The translations under genes and the position numbers were made by a program. A stretch of DNA of 64,000 bases from Patescibacteria group bacterium (GTDB taxonomy: Bacteria > Patescibacteriota > Microgenomatia > Levybacterales > UBA12049), in the NCBI GenBank assembly GCA_038063415.1, contig JBBTVD010000011.1:779-64778 (forward strand), given 5' to 3'. Below the pieces are notes generated by a model, which was not told the DNA's origin, ran no database searches, and was given only the letters and a program-made list of their open reading frames with translations. This document shows, one piece after another, positions 45,879-55,656 of this stretch; the stretch's first letter is position 1; each line of letters starts with the position of its first letter.

Positions 45879-46445
45879 TTACAATGATTTCTTCTTCTGC
45901 AAAACCTGGTACTTGTAAATGGATACACGTAAGCTCAATGCGCTCTTTTTATATTCCTGCACAATTGTTTGCTCTTCCTTATTTACAACAGGTGTATTAG
46001 CCAGCATACTATCAAGTAATTCTTCCTGCTTTTCCAACAAATGCAAGAGTCTATCAATGACAATATGGCCATCTTTCCCCTGCTTAGAAGCATCCTGAGA
46101 AAGGCCAAACGTTTCCTGGCTATAAAATGCTGCTTTTTTTAACGTAGCTGTAAGATTCTCCTTGGAATGTTCCTTAGCAAAAAAGAGCAAGTACGCTCCT
46201 TGCATATACTTCTCTGCTTGTTCAAGAGAAAAAACAGCTTTCTGATAAGGATCTGCGATAAAAAATCCTTGCAATGACTCTTTTATCTCTTTAAACGGAT
46301 ACAGTGTTTGCCCGGGAAGAACTCCAGGATAAGGCAGTTGATAAGAATTCTCTGTCTGAGCAGCTAGCTCTTGAGCAAATACAGACGAAGGAACCATGGT
46401 CAAGAATAAACAAACTCCAATAATGCTTCCCACTCGCATATGCAT
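45879..46445 (-). CDS. DUF5667-like secreted helical protein
   Basis: Signal peptide and YQLPYPGVLP..LYPFK motif. Confidence 0.7.
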   Translation of the reverse strand: MHMRVGSIIGVCLFLTMVPSSVFAQELAAQTENSYQLPYPGVLPGQTLYPFKEIKESLQGFFIADPYQKAVFSLEQAEKYMQGAYLLFFAKEHSKENLTATLKKAAFYSQETFGLSQDASKQGKDGHIVIDRLLHLLEKQEELLDSMLANTPVVNKEEQTIVQEYKKSALSLRVSIYKYQVLQKKKSL

Positions 46446-47038
46446 TATGCTTCACGATACCCAATGGCTTTAAGGACTAACGCCAAGCTTTCTTCAGGAT
46501 CATGCTCATAAGTATTTACTACAAGATCAAAATAGTCCTTCTGCCAATAGACCCAATCGGGATCGTTATTTACATATAACCTGCGCCATTTAGTAAGATC
46601 GTTTTGTTCTCTTTCAATCACCTCTTCTTTTGCTTCGTGCACAGTAATATGTTCACGATTAACTAATCGATCAATACGAATTTCTGTTTGATCGTTGTCC
46701 TCTTGATCTTCACAAACTACCCCTACCTTAAAAACACCAGGTTTCTTTTGCGCAAAAAAACCTGCGAGTTTTGCTTCAACAACGATATGATTATCTTTCG
46801 TCAAGATGTTTTCCAATTGGTTATCAAATAATTGATCTTCCTCGTCCGCACGAAGATTGGTATCTTTTGTCGCGACATCCATCCGCTTACGTATAGCTTC
46901 CCAGAAGATCTCTCCCCCTTCAAGATGCTTCCATGCAAGTTTTTGAGCTAAATGTTTTCCCAACGAAGTAGAACCGGCACCAATACGTCCGGACACAGTA
47001 ATTAATCTGATAGCAGATAAGTCTGTAGGCTTTTGCAT
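46445..47038 (-). CDS. Cytidylate kinase-like protein (archaeal-type)
   Basis: ITVSGRIGAGSTS P-loop, VVEAKLAG, RE..D..R...LY. Confidence 0.75.
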   Translation of the reverse strand: MQKPTDLSAIRLITVSGRIGAGSTSLGKHLAQKLAWKHLEGGEIFWEAIRKRMDVATKDTNLRADEEDQLFDNQLENILTKDNHIVVEAKLAGFFAQKKPGVFKVGVVCEDQEDNDQTEIRIDRLVNREHITVHEAKEEVIEREQNDLTKWRRLYVNNDPDWVYWQKDYFDLVVNTYEHDPEESLALVLKAIGYREA

Positions 47039-47047
47039 AAAATTATC

Positions 47048-48403
47048 CTATTGTTGGTTCTTCTGTTCCTCTGATGGTACTGGAGCAGGAGGGGCAGCTG
47101 GTGTCTCAGTAGTTTGTGACGCTGGTGGAGCTGGCGGGGCAAAAGAGCCAGAAAGTGGAGCTGGTGAGACACTTGGTGCTGTAGATGGGCTAGCTGAAGG
47201 GGGGGTCGATGATTGACCAAGTGAACCGAACATATCGGTTAATGACGTTGACGCGGAAGCGGAAGCGACTGGAGCAGCTGAAGCCGGAGTTTCTGCTACT
47301 GGAGCAGGTACCTCTGGTGCTGGACTCACGGGCTGAGAAGGAGCTGGCGTAGGTGCTTGGCCAACCTGCTGGGCAACCATTATGGCTTCTTCAATTAATC
47401 TATTTGCGTAACCATACTCGTTGTCATACCATGCTATTACTTTAACCATATTGCCCCCTACTACCTGGGTCAATGAAAGGTCTACAATGCTTGAGTGAGA
47501 ATTACCAATAATATCACTTGATACAAGTGGATCTGTCGTAACGGCAAGCACTCCTTTGTATAAAGGATTTTCTGCTTCTTTGGTCAACACATCATTTACC
47601 TCTTCTTTGGTTACGTCTTTTTTGAGAAGGAAAGTAAAGTCTGACAAAGAACCGACAGGAACCGGGACACGAAGCGATAATCCACCAAAGATTCCTTTGA
47701 GCGCAGGCAGTGATTCAGCAGCAGCAACCGTTGCACCAGTTGAAGTCGGAATAATACTGAGAGCTGCAGCTCGAGAACGGCGGTAGTCTTTGTGACCACT
47801 ATCCTGGAGTCGCTGATCAGAGGTATAGCCATGAACGGTAGTCATCATTGCTTTATCAATACCAAAATGATCCTGAAGTATCTTTGCAACCGGGGTAATA
47901 CAGTTGGTGGTACAAGATGCGTTACTAATAATCTTCTCTCCTGCATAATCGGCATCATTTACCGAGATAACATAGGTAGGGATCCCTTCTCCTTTTGCAG
48001 GAGCTGATAGGACGACTGCCTTTGCGCCAGCAGTAATATGTGCTTGCAACTTATCAGCAGTCGTAAAGACACCGGTTGATTCAATAACAACATCGACATT
48101 AAGGTCTTTCCAGGGAAGTTGTGACGGATCCTTCTGGGAGTAAACAGGAATCTCCTTCCCATCAATCACCAATGAACCAAGCAGTGCCGTATTTGCAGGA
48201 TCAGTACTTGGCTTTACACTAACATCAAAAGGCAATAAGCCATACACACTATCGTATTTGAGGAGGTACATCCATCCGTTAATATCGGTTGAGGAACCTG
48301 CGTTTATCGCCGCAATTTCAATATCCTGGCTGTGCCATTGCGTGATAACTCGATGAGCTACTCGCCCGATTCTTCCATACCCATTAATCGCGACACGAAT
48401 CAT
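47048..48403 (-). CDS. gap: Type I glyceraldehyde-3-phosphate dehydrogenase with Pro/Ala/Ser-rich C-terminal extension
   Basis: VAINGYGRIGR, SNASCTTNC, WYDNEYGY. Start revised to MIRVA. Confidence 0.96.
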   Translation of the reverse strand: MIRVAINGYGRIGRVAHRVITQWHSQDIEIAAINAGSSTDINGWMYLLKYDSVYGLLPFDVSVKPSTDPANTALLGSLVIDGKEIPVYSQKDPSQLPWKDLNVDVVIESTGVFTTADKLQAHITAGAKAVVLSAPAKGEGIPTYVISVNDADYAGEKIISNASCTTNCITPVAKILQDHFGIDKAMMTTVHGYTSDQRLQDSGHKDYRRSRAAALSIIPTSTGATVAAAESLPALKGIFGGLSLRVPVPVGSLSDFTFLLKKDVTKEEVNDVLTKEAENPLYKGVLAVTTDPLVSSDIIGNSHSSIVDLSLTQVVGGNMVKVIAWYDNEYGYANRLIEEAIMVAQQVGQAPTPAPSQPVSPAPEVPAPVAETPASAAPVASASASTSLTDMFGSLGQSSTPPSASPSTAPSVSPAPLSGSFAPPAPPASQTTETPAAPPAPVPSEEQKNQQ

Positions 48404-48512
48404 ATATTGAGTATATACTCCTCTTTTTTTTACTGCAAGGGGTAAATTACTATCTCCTGACGTCAGAAAAATGTCTAGCATGTCTCCTAGGCAGGCAGTA
48501 CAATCCAAATCT

Positions 48513-49853
48513 ATGGTACATAACCCTTGGCTGGCTGCCAAACAACAACTGAAAAAAGCTGGAGAACGGCTCGGTATTGACCCATTACTACTAGCTAACC
48601 TGTCTGAACCAGAACGAATTATTGAAGTATCGCTTCCTTTTGTTCGTGATACCAATGACATTCTCACGGTCACTGGCTATCGTATCCAACATAGCAGCAT
48701 CTTAGGGCCGTATAAAGGTGGACTGCGATATCATCCGCAGGTGTCGACGGATGAAGTTAAAGCACTCGCCTTTCTCATGACCATGAAGAATGCCCTCCTT
48801 GGCATCCCGTTTGGCGGCGGTAAGGGGGGCATTACGATTGATCCCAAATCACTTTCCGAAGCAGAGCTTGGACGACTAACGAGGCTCTTTACGAGGAGAC
48901 TTGGTCCCACTATTGGACCTTATTTTGATGTACCAGCTCCTGACGTCAATACGAATCCTAAGATCATGAGCTGGATTGCTGATGAGTTTAAAAAATGTCA
49001 TGCTGAACTCGTTTCAGCATCTTCTTTAGGTTATAAAAAGATCCCGAAACAAGTTCGGGATGACACGTATTTGTCAGCCGTAGTAACAGGGAAACCGATT
49101 ACCGCCGGTGGTTCTGAGGGAAGGACTGAAGCCACAGGACTTGGTGGAAGTTATGCCCTATTGGAATACCTAAAACTCACCGGCAAAAAACCCAAAGGGA
49201 TGACTGTCGGGATACAAGGTTTTGGTAATGTAGGCAGGTTTATTGCGACCTTTCTTCAGCAGGCAGGCATGAAAATTGTCGCGATAGCGGATTCCAAAGG
49301 AGGAATCTATATCCCTGAAGGTATTGAAGATCTTGAGGCTGTACAAAAATGCAAAGAAGCAACGGGGCTTCTTGCCGGCTGCTATTGTGTCGGCTCAGTA
49401 TGCGATATTGCAAATAAGAAAATGCTCAAAGGCAAAGATATCTCTCCTGCCAACATTCTCACACTCCCGGTAGATATTGTCATCCCAGCAGCCCTTGAGA
49501 ATGCAATTACTCCAGAGATTGCAAAAAAGATGCAAGCATCTGTTGTACTTGAAATGGCCAATGCACCAACGACAGCTGAAGCAAACGACATTCTTAGCCA
49601 ACGAGGAGTTACGGTGATTCCAGATATCCTCGCAAATGCTGGAGGGGTCGTTGTCAGCTCCTTTGAATGGGAACAAAATATTAAGCAACAAAAGTGGACA
49701 AAGCAAGTTGTTTTTACTAAGTTACACAAGAAAATGAAGAACACCGTAAAAGAACTCGTAGCAATCAGTAGCACCTATAAAACGCCACTTCGAGAAGCAG
49801 CATATATGCTGGCTCTTACTCGGCTTGCGAAAGCATGGAGAAAACAACACTAA
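48513..49853 (+). CDS. gdhA: Glu/Leu/Phe/Val dehydrogenase (glutamate dehydrogenase)
   Basis: GPYKGGLRYHP, PFGGGKGG, VPAPDVNT, GFGNVG, PDILANAGGV. Start is uncertain (48471 or 48513). Confidence 0.92.
   Translation: MVHNPWLAAKQQLKKAGERLGIDPLLLANLSEPERIIEVSLPFVRDTNDILTVTGYRIQHSSILGPYKGGLRYHPQVSTDEVKALAFLMTMKNALLGIPFGGGKGGITIDPKSLSEAELGRLTRLFTRRLGPTIGPYFDVPAPDVNTNPKIMSWIADEFKKCHAELVSASSLGYKKIPKQVRDDTYLSAVVTGKPITAGGSEGRTEATGLGGSYALLEYLKLTGKKPKGMTVGIQGFGNVGRFIATFLQQAGMKIVAIADSKGGIYIPEGIEDLEAVQKCKEATGLLAGCYCVGSVCDIANKKMLKGKDISPANILTLPVDIVIPAALENAITPEIAKKMQASVVLEMANAPTTAEANDILSQRGVTVIPDILANAGGVVVSSFEWEQNIKQQKWTKQVVFTKLHKKMKNTVKELVAISSTYKTPLREAAYMLALTRLAKAWRKQH
48996..49065. repeat. Family A element inserted in frame in gdhA
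   Basis: TGTCATGCTGAACTCGTTTCAGCATCT...AGATCCCGAAACAAGTTCGGGATGACA, translated CHAELVSASSLGYKKIPKQVRDD. Confidence 0.9.
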
Positions 49854-49871
49854 CCAGATATACTAAACACT

Positions 49872-50831
49872 ATGCAACAGTACACACGAAATCTTGCACT
49901 TGAATTTGTCAGAGTAACTGAAGCAGCGGCTATTGCTGCCAGTCAGTGGATTGGACGTGGAGACAAACATGCTGCCGATCAAGCAGCCGTAAATGAAATG
50001 CGATCCAGGTTTAACCAAATAGACTTCCATGGGACGGTAGTTATCGGTGAAGGAAGAAAGGATGAAGCTCCCATGCTCTATACAGGAGAGCAAGTTGGTA
50101 AAGGAAAACAACCAATTATGGATCTCGCAATTGATCCATTGGAGTGTACTGACAGTGTTGCTTACGGTCGATATAATGCTCTAACGGTTATCGCTGCTGG
50201 AGCAAAAGGTTCCCTCCTCCACGCTCCTGACATGTACATGGAAAAAATTGCAGCTGGATCAATAGCTGCAAAAGTCATTGACCTGGATGCCCCTACAAAG
50301 GTAAACATTGCTAACGTTGCAAAAGCACTTGGCAAAGACCCAAGAGAAGTTACCGTCGTAGTACTGGATCGAGAACGTCACCAGAAACTTATCGCCGAGA
50401 TTCGAGAAACGGGAGCACGAGTAAGGCTTATCACTGATGGAGATATCGCGGCAGCCATTGCTCCCTGCATGGATGATAATCCGATTGACCTGCTCCTAGG
50501 CATTGGGGCAAGCGCTGAGGCAGTCCTCGCAGCAACTGCTATCAAGACACTGGGTGGACAGCTTCTCTGCCGATTTGCTCCCCAAAAAGAAAGTGAGAAT
50601 CAACTGCTTAAAGAGGCTGGAATCACTGATTCTACAAAAATATTAAGTGTTGCAGAGTTAGCAAAAGGTGATGAGCTCACATTCACGGCAACAGGAGTGA
50701 TTGAAGGACCACTGCTTGAAGGGGTTGTCGTAAAAGGAAATAAGATCATCACCCACTCTTTGGTTATTAGAGGTACCTCAGGAACAATACGCTTCATGAA
50801 GACAGAACATCATTATCAGCCAGAGAAGTAG
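49872..50831 (+). CDS. glpX: Class II fructose-1,6-bisphosphatase
   Basis: RVTEAAAIAA, VIGEG..DEAPML, IDPLE.T, YMEK, LITDGD. Confidence 0.95.
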   Translation: MQQYTRNLALEFVRVTEAAAIAASQWIGRGDKHAADQAAVNEMRSRFNQIDFHGTVVIGEGRKDEAPMLYTGEQVGKGKQPIMDLAIDPLECTDSVAYGRYNALTVIAAGAKGSLLHAPDMYMEKIAAGSIAAKVIDLDAPTKVNIANVAKALGKDPREVTVVVLDRERHQKLIAEIRETGARVRLITDGDIAAAIAPCMDDNPIDLLLGIGASAEAVLAATAIKTLGGQLLCRFAPQKESENQLLKEAGITDSTKILSVAELAKGDELTFTATGVIEGPLLEGVVVKGNKIITHSLVIRGTSGTIRFMKTEHHYQPEK

Positions 50832-50836
50832 AGCAT

Positions 50837-50947
50837 ATTCGTAAGAGCGAGGTACAAAAATGTTTTGGTTGCATCTGAGCACTTTCTCTTTCTAATAACG
50901 CGAACTCCAACGGAAAAACATTTTTCGTACAAAGCGACTACGAGAAT
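50837..50947. repeat. Family C hairpin element, intergenic
   Basis: GTACAAAAATGTTTTGGTTGCATCTGAGC...GCGAACTCCAACGGAAAAACATTTTTCGTAC. Confidence 0.85.
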
Positions 50948-50953
50948 GTACGT

Positions 50954-52141
50954 ATGAAAAAAATCTCTTACATCGACAATGCAGATATTAAAAACAAACG
51001 AATACTTCTTCGGGCAGATTTTGATGTCTCCCTCACCCACCAGAACGAAATTGCCGATGACGTTCGTATTCGAAGCAACATTCCAACGATAAAGCAATTA
51101 CTTGCTGGTAATAACCGTATTATTTGTGTCGCAAAACTTGGACGACCAGTAAAACCTGACCCGACAAGATCCCTTGCTATTGTCGTCAAGAGACTACAGG
51201 ACTATTTGCCTAATACAAAAATACGACTGATAAAAGATTTTCTCAAAGAGTCGCAAGCAACATTTGCACACCAAAAACTAAACGAGATCTTTGTCTTGGA
51301 AAATATCCGATTTTACCCCGATGAGAAGCTCAATACCCTAGAATTTGCACAGAAACTGGCACTGCTTGCTGATGTCTACGTTAATGACGCTTTTGCGATG
51401 TCACATAGAACAGAAGCATCTGTGGTAAGTGTACCACTCATTCTTCCTTCTTACGGCGGCCTCCTGCTTAAATCTGAAGTACAAGCACTTGATAAGGCAA
51501 TTAAGCGACCAAAGCGTCCCTTGGTTGCCATTATTGGAGGGTCAAAGATCTCAACAAAGATCAGCCTTATTAATAAACTTATTGAAAAAGCTGATTATGT
51601 GATCCTTGGTGGCGGACTTGCCAATGTCTTCTTTCGTGCACAGCGTTATAGTATTGCCAAAAGTATTTGTGAATATGAAATGGTTTTGAAAGCCAGGCAA
51701 CTTCTTTATCTCGCTGCACAAAAACAAACCGCAATTATTCTTCCAACAGATGTCTTAGTAGGCAAACCGCAAGACACTACAAAAGCAGATAAAATAACAC
51801 AAGTTGGAGAAAAAATACCATCAGATCTCTCGATTCTTGATATCGGACCAAACAGTAAAGCCCTTATTGGAACAATTATCGCAAAGGCAAACACGATTAT
51901 CTGGAACGGGCCAGTTGGACTTTTTGAAAATCCATCCTATAGACAAGGAACTGACTTTATTTATCATACCATCACCCACAATAAACAAGCAGTAAGCATT
52001 ATCGGAGGTGGAGATACACTAACCGCAATTGCTGACAAAAAAGATCTCAACAAAATCACTCATCTTTCAACAGGAGGAGGAGCCATGCTTGAATTTATTG
52101 AGAAAGGAACACTCCCTGGACTCGAAGCTCTCAAAAGATAA
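50954..52141 (+). CDS. pgk: Phosphoglycerate kinase
   Basis: LLRADFDV, LENIRF, YVNDAF, IWNGPVG.FE, GGGDT, STGGGA. Confidence 0.96.
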   Translation: MKKISYIDNADIKNKRILLRADFDVSLTHQNEIADDVRIRSNIPTIKQLLAGNNRIICVAKLGRPVKPDPTRSLAIVVKRLQDYLPNTKIRLIKDFLKESQATFAHQKLNEIFVLENIRFYPDEKLNTLEFAQKLALLADVYVNDAFAMSHRTEASVVSVPLILPSYGGLLLKSEVQALDKAIKRPKRPLVAIIGGSKISTKISLINKLIEKADYVILGGGLANVFFRAQRYSIAKSICEYEMVLKARQLLYLAAQKQTAIILPTDVLVGKPQDTTKADKITQVGEKIPSDLSILDIGPNSKALIGTIIAKANTIIWNGPVGLFENPSYRQGTDFIYHTITHNKQAVSIIGGGDTLTAIADKKDLNKITHLSTGGGAMLEFIEKGTLPGLEALKR

Positions 52142-53161
52142 TCAATTAGTAAACTCCTGACTATACATTTTCCCATACATACCCCCATCAATAACTCCAA
52201 TACCTATCTTATTAAAATTTGGATTCAGAATATTTGCCCGATGTCCCGGACTATTCATCAGTCCCTGCATGGCAAGCGGCGTTGTTGGAGCAAGTGCCAA
52301 GTTCTCTCCTGCATTGAGGAATTCAATCCCCGCTGCACTCATCCTATCAAATGGAGAAATACCATCAGGGGTATAATGAGAGAAATATCCTCGCTCAAGC
52401 ATATCTTGAGAATGTGCTCGTGCAACATCGCGTAAACTATCGTCAAAAGAAAGCAGATGTAAACCTGCTCGCTGACGTTCGGTGTTTACTGCACGAAACA
52501 TCGCTTGTTCCCCCTCTGGATCGACTATTCCATCAGTTACCTGAAACTGTAGCTTTACCATTTCATTACTCTCTGGCTCAATAGTAAGGAAATTAAGCGT
52601 TTCACTAAATGCTCCACCAAAGATGTCATTAAGACGCTTTTCAAAGAGAGAGGTATTGGCGACAAGGTGAGAACCAAGGGCAGAATGTGTAACTAACTGC
52701 TTTATCATAGGAGAGGAAGGCAAGGCTACAATAATACTGAGAAGAAAGGATAAGATGATAAAAGCAGAAGCGAAACCTGGAAGAATACCCAAAAGATGGT
52801 TTACCCGAGCAAAACCTCGAGCAATTGGACGAGCAGGATTTACCGTTGGGATATATCGTATTCCCTTTCGCAAAAGAATATTAATACTAATCTCACTGAC
52901 AAAAGCCACGAGAAAGAAACCTAACGCATTGGCAAGTCCCAATGGTAGCCCAAAAAAGTGCATGAGCCAATCAGCAACAATAGTATATGTTTTTAAAGCA
53001 AGCGTAAAGGAAAGAATGAAGCTTGTAAGATCAACCGAAGCAAGAATCACTCCAAGGGCATACCCTTCATAGGCATAAAAAAGGAAGATGCAGACAATCA
53101 GTATGTCAAAAAGACTTACACTACTACTGAGAGACGAAAAAAAGTTACTAAAAAGTTCCAT
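52142..53161 (-). CDS. CvpA-like membrane domain fused to a CAP/SCP domain
   Basis: Four TM segments, then VN.ER, HSQDM..YFSH, GENLA, MNSPGHRANIL. Confidence 0.85.
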   Translation of the reverse strand: MELFSNFFSSLSSSVSLFDILIVCIFLFYAYEGYALGVILASVDLTSFILSFTLALKTYTIVADWLMHFFGLPLGLANALGFFLVAFVSEISINILLRKGIRYIPTVNPARPIARGFARVNHLLGILPGFASAFIILSFLLSIIVALPSSPMIKQLVTHSALGSHLVANTSLFEKRLNDIFGGAFSETLNFLTIEPESNEMVKLQFQVTDGIVDPEGEQAMFRAVNTERQRAGLHLLSFDDSLRDVARAHSQDMLERGYFSHYTPDGISPFDRMSAAGIEFLNAGENLALAPTTPLAMQGLMNSPGHRANILNPNFNKIGIGVIDGGMYGKMYSQEFTN

Positions 53162-53256
53162 ACATTGTTTACTGATTCTAGTATTATACCGTAATAACTA
53201 TTTGTCCACGAGTCCCACCATCTGATACAATATAAAGGATTCGCGAAAATAAGGCT

Positions 53257-55470
53257 ATGATCAAGAAATACAAAAAGGTAGTAAAAAAGATAAAGATACC
53301 TCGCCCCACAAAAAAAAGGGCATTATTTGTTCTCGTACCACTTTTGGTTATTGGGCTTATTCTTTTAGGTATTTTTTACTTTATCATTTTGAAAGATCTC
53401 CCTTCGCCTACAGGACTCAACCAAACCACAGGTTCTTACTCAACGCACATGTATGACAGAAATGGAAAGCTTCTCTATACATTATATTCTGATCGCAACC
53501 AAACCTTTATCCCACTTTCGAACATGCCAAAGCACCTGCAACAAGCAACGATAGCCGTTGAAGATAAGGATTTCTATCGTCACGGAGCAATTGATTTCAG
53601 AGGTATTGCAAGAGCAGCATACGCAACAATGGTACACAAAAGACTGGAAGGTGGTTCTACATTGACACAGCAATTGGTAAAAAATAGCCTGCTTAGCCCT
53701 GAAAGAACGATTACCCGTAAAGTGAAAGAGATCATCCTTGCATTTGCCACTGAATTACTCTATTCCAAAGATCAAATTCTTGAAATGTATCTTAACCAGG
53801 TCCCTTATGGAGGAACCTCCTATGGAGCTGAAGCAGCAGCGCAAACATTCCTCGGCAAATCAGCCAAAGATCTTACACTGGCAGAAAGTGCTTACCTAGC
53901 TGGATTACCAGAAGCGCCGAGTGTCCTCTCTCCGTATGGCTCACATCCTGAAAAAGGCAAGGAGCGACAAGAAGAAATTCTCCGCCGTATGTATGATCAA
54001 GGTTACATTACCAAAGAACAACGAGACGCTGCCATGAAAGAAAAACTCGTCTTTGAAAAGATCAGTAACCCTATTAAAGCTCCCCACTTTGTTTTTTATG
54101 TACGGGATCTTCTGGTCAAAAAATATGGTGAGCAAGTTGTTGAACAAGGTGGTCTTAAGGTGCAAACAAGTTTGGATCTTACTCTACAAGAACATGCACA
54201 AGCAACCGTCGCAGCAGAGGTTGCTGCTCTTAAAAGAAATAAGGTTGGTAATGGTGGAGCACTTATTACTAAACCAGGAACTGGAGAGATACTAGCGATG
54301 GTCGGAAGCACCGACTATTTTGATAGTGAACATGGCAATGTCAATATTACACTCGCAAAACTCCAACCGGGTTCATCAATTAAACCAATTAACTATGCAG
54401 TCGGACTTATCAAAGGATATACAGCTGCTACACCATTTCTTGATCAAGCGATCTGTTTTCCGAATCCAGGAGGGAAATCATATTGCCCACGTAATTATGA
54501 TGGAAATTTTCATGGAGTCGTCCAAATGAGGGAAGCACTTGCTAATTCGTACAACATTCCTGCTGTCCAAATGCTTAAGCTCAATGGCCTTGATGCCATG
54601 ATTGCAACTGCTTCTGCAATGGGTCTGACAACCTTTACCGATCCAAGTAGATATGGCCTTTCACTTACTCTTGGTGGTGGAGAGGTTATGATGACAGATA
54701 TGGCCACAGCCTTTGGGGTATTTGCCAATCAAGGATACAGGGTTGACCTTCATCCTATTCTCAAAGTAACCGATAGAGATGGAAAGGTACTTGAAGAATA
54801 TAAACCACCAAAAAGTCCTATTTTTGGGGAGAAAGTAATCCCATCGGAGGTCGCCTATATCATCTCAGACATGCTGGCAGACAATAATGCTCGTGCTCCT
54901 GCATTTGGGACAAACTCAGAGCTACGGATCCCCAATCAACGTGTGTCTGTTAAAACAGGAACCACCAATGACTACCGTGACAACTGGACGATTGGTTATA
55001 CACCTTCTTATCTGATAGCTGTTTGGGTAGGCAATAATGATCACACGCCCATGCAAGGCGTCGTGTCAGGGATTACCGGAGCTGCGCCCATCTGGAATGC
55101 ATTAATGTCACATGTCCTTGATGGGAAGAAGCAAGAAATCCCCCAAAAACCCCCCAATGTTGTCGGAAGATACACCTGTCGTGGGTCAATGCCACCTTCA
55201 GCAAGTCCAGCTCCTGAAGGTGGCGCGCAACCAGCGGGGTGTGCTAATAAATTTGAATACTTTATCAAGGGAGTTCCTGAGAAAAGCACCGGCAAAGTTA
55301 TCCGTGAAAAAGTGTGGATTGATAAAGCGACAAACGCTCAAGCGCAACCAGGTCAAACAGATAATGTAGAAGAGCGCGAAGAATCAGTCTTTATCGACAA
55401 TTCTGGGGCAAAATATTGTATTAGTTGCGCGCACCCGGTACCCTCCCCCACCCCAACACCAGCTCCGTAA
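53257..55470 (+). CDS. Class A penicillin-binding protein (transglycosylase/transpeptidase)
   Basis: EDKDFY.H, GGSTLTQQLVK, PGSSIKP, SYN, KTGT. Confidence 0.95.
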   Translation: MIKKYKKVVKKIKIPRPTKKRALFVLVPLLVIGLILLGIFYFIILKDLPSPTGLNQTTGSYSTHMYDRNGKLLYTLYSDRNQTFIPLSNMPKHLQQATIAVEDKDFYRHGAIDFRGIARAAYATMVHKRLEGGSTLTQQLVKNSLLSPERTITRKVKEIILAFATELLYSKDQILEMYLNQVPYGGTSYGAEAAAQTFLGKSAKDLTLAESAYLAGLPEAPSVLSPYGSHPEKGKERQEEILRRMYDQGYITKEQRDAAMKEKLVFEKISNPIKAPHFVFYVRDLLVKKYGEQVVEQGGLKVQTSLDLTLQEHAQATVAAEVAALKRNKVGNGGALITKPGTGEILAMVGSTDYFDSEHGNVNITLAKLQPGSSIKPINYAVGLIKGYTAATPFLDQAICFPNPGGKSYCPRNYDGNFHGVVQMREALANSYNIPAVQMLKLNGLDAMIATASAMGLTTFTDPSRYGLSLTLGGGEVMMTDMATAFGVFANQGYRVDLHPILKVTDRDGKVLEEYKPPKSPIFGEKVIPSEVAYIISDMLADNNARAPAFGTNSELRIPNQRVSVKTGTTNDYRDNWTIGYTPSYLIAVWVGNNDHTPMQGVVSGITGAAPIWNALMSHVLDGKKQEIPQKPPNVVGRYTCRGSMPPSASPAPEGGAQPAGCANKFEYFIKGVPEKSTGKVIREKVWIDKATNAQAQPGQTDNVEEREESVFIDNSGAKYCISCAHPVPSPTPTPAP

Positions 55471-55515
55471 GCAGAACATTGATTCTTATACATAAATTTC
55501 GTATGATAACACCAT

Positions 55516-55656
55516 ATGCAAGAACAAAAAATGGATGGCTACAATAGAGAATCAGGACAAAAAACACTACAGTTTGTTGGGGGACTAATTCTTATTATAG
55601 CTCTCTTAGCTGTTCTTTTACTGCTTGCCATGAACAGAGGCTTAGACCTAAGATGA
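55516..55656 (+). CDS. 46-aa single-TM microprotein
   Basis: MQEQKMDGYNRESGQKTLQFVGGLILIIALLAVLLLLAMNRGLDLR*, with TATGAT 8 nt upstream. Confidence 0.55.
   Translation: MQEQKMDGYNRESGQKTLQFVGGLILIIALLAVLLLLAMNRGLDLR

Noticed and set aside
48404-48673. N-terminal extension of GAPDH in the ORF track, overlapping gdhA
   Set aside because: It is an artefact of longest-ORF start choice. The conserved start is MIRVAING at 48403, and the same applies to the extensions on nrdR, radC, fpg and rpiB.
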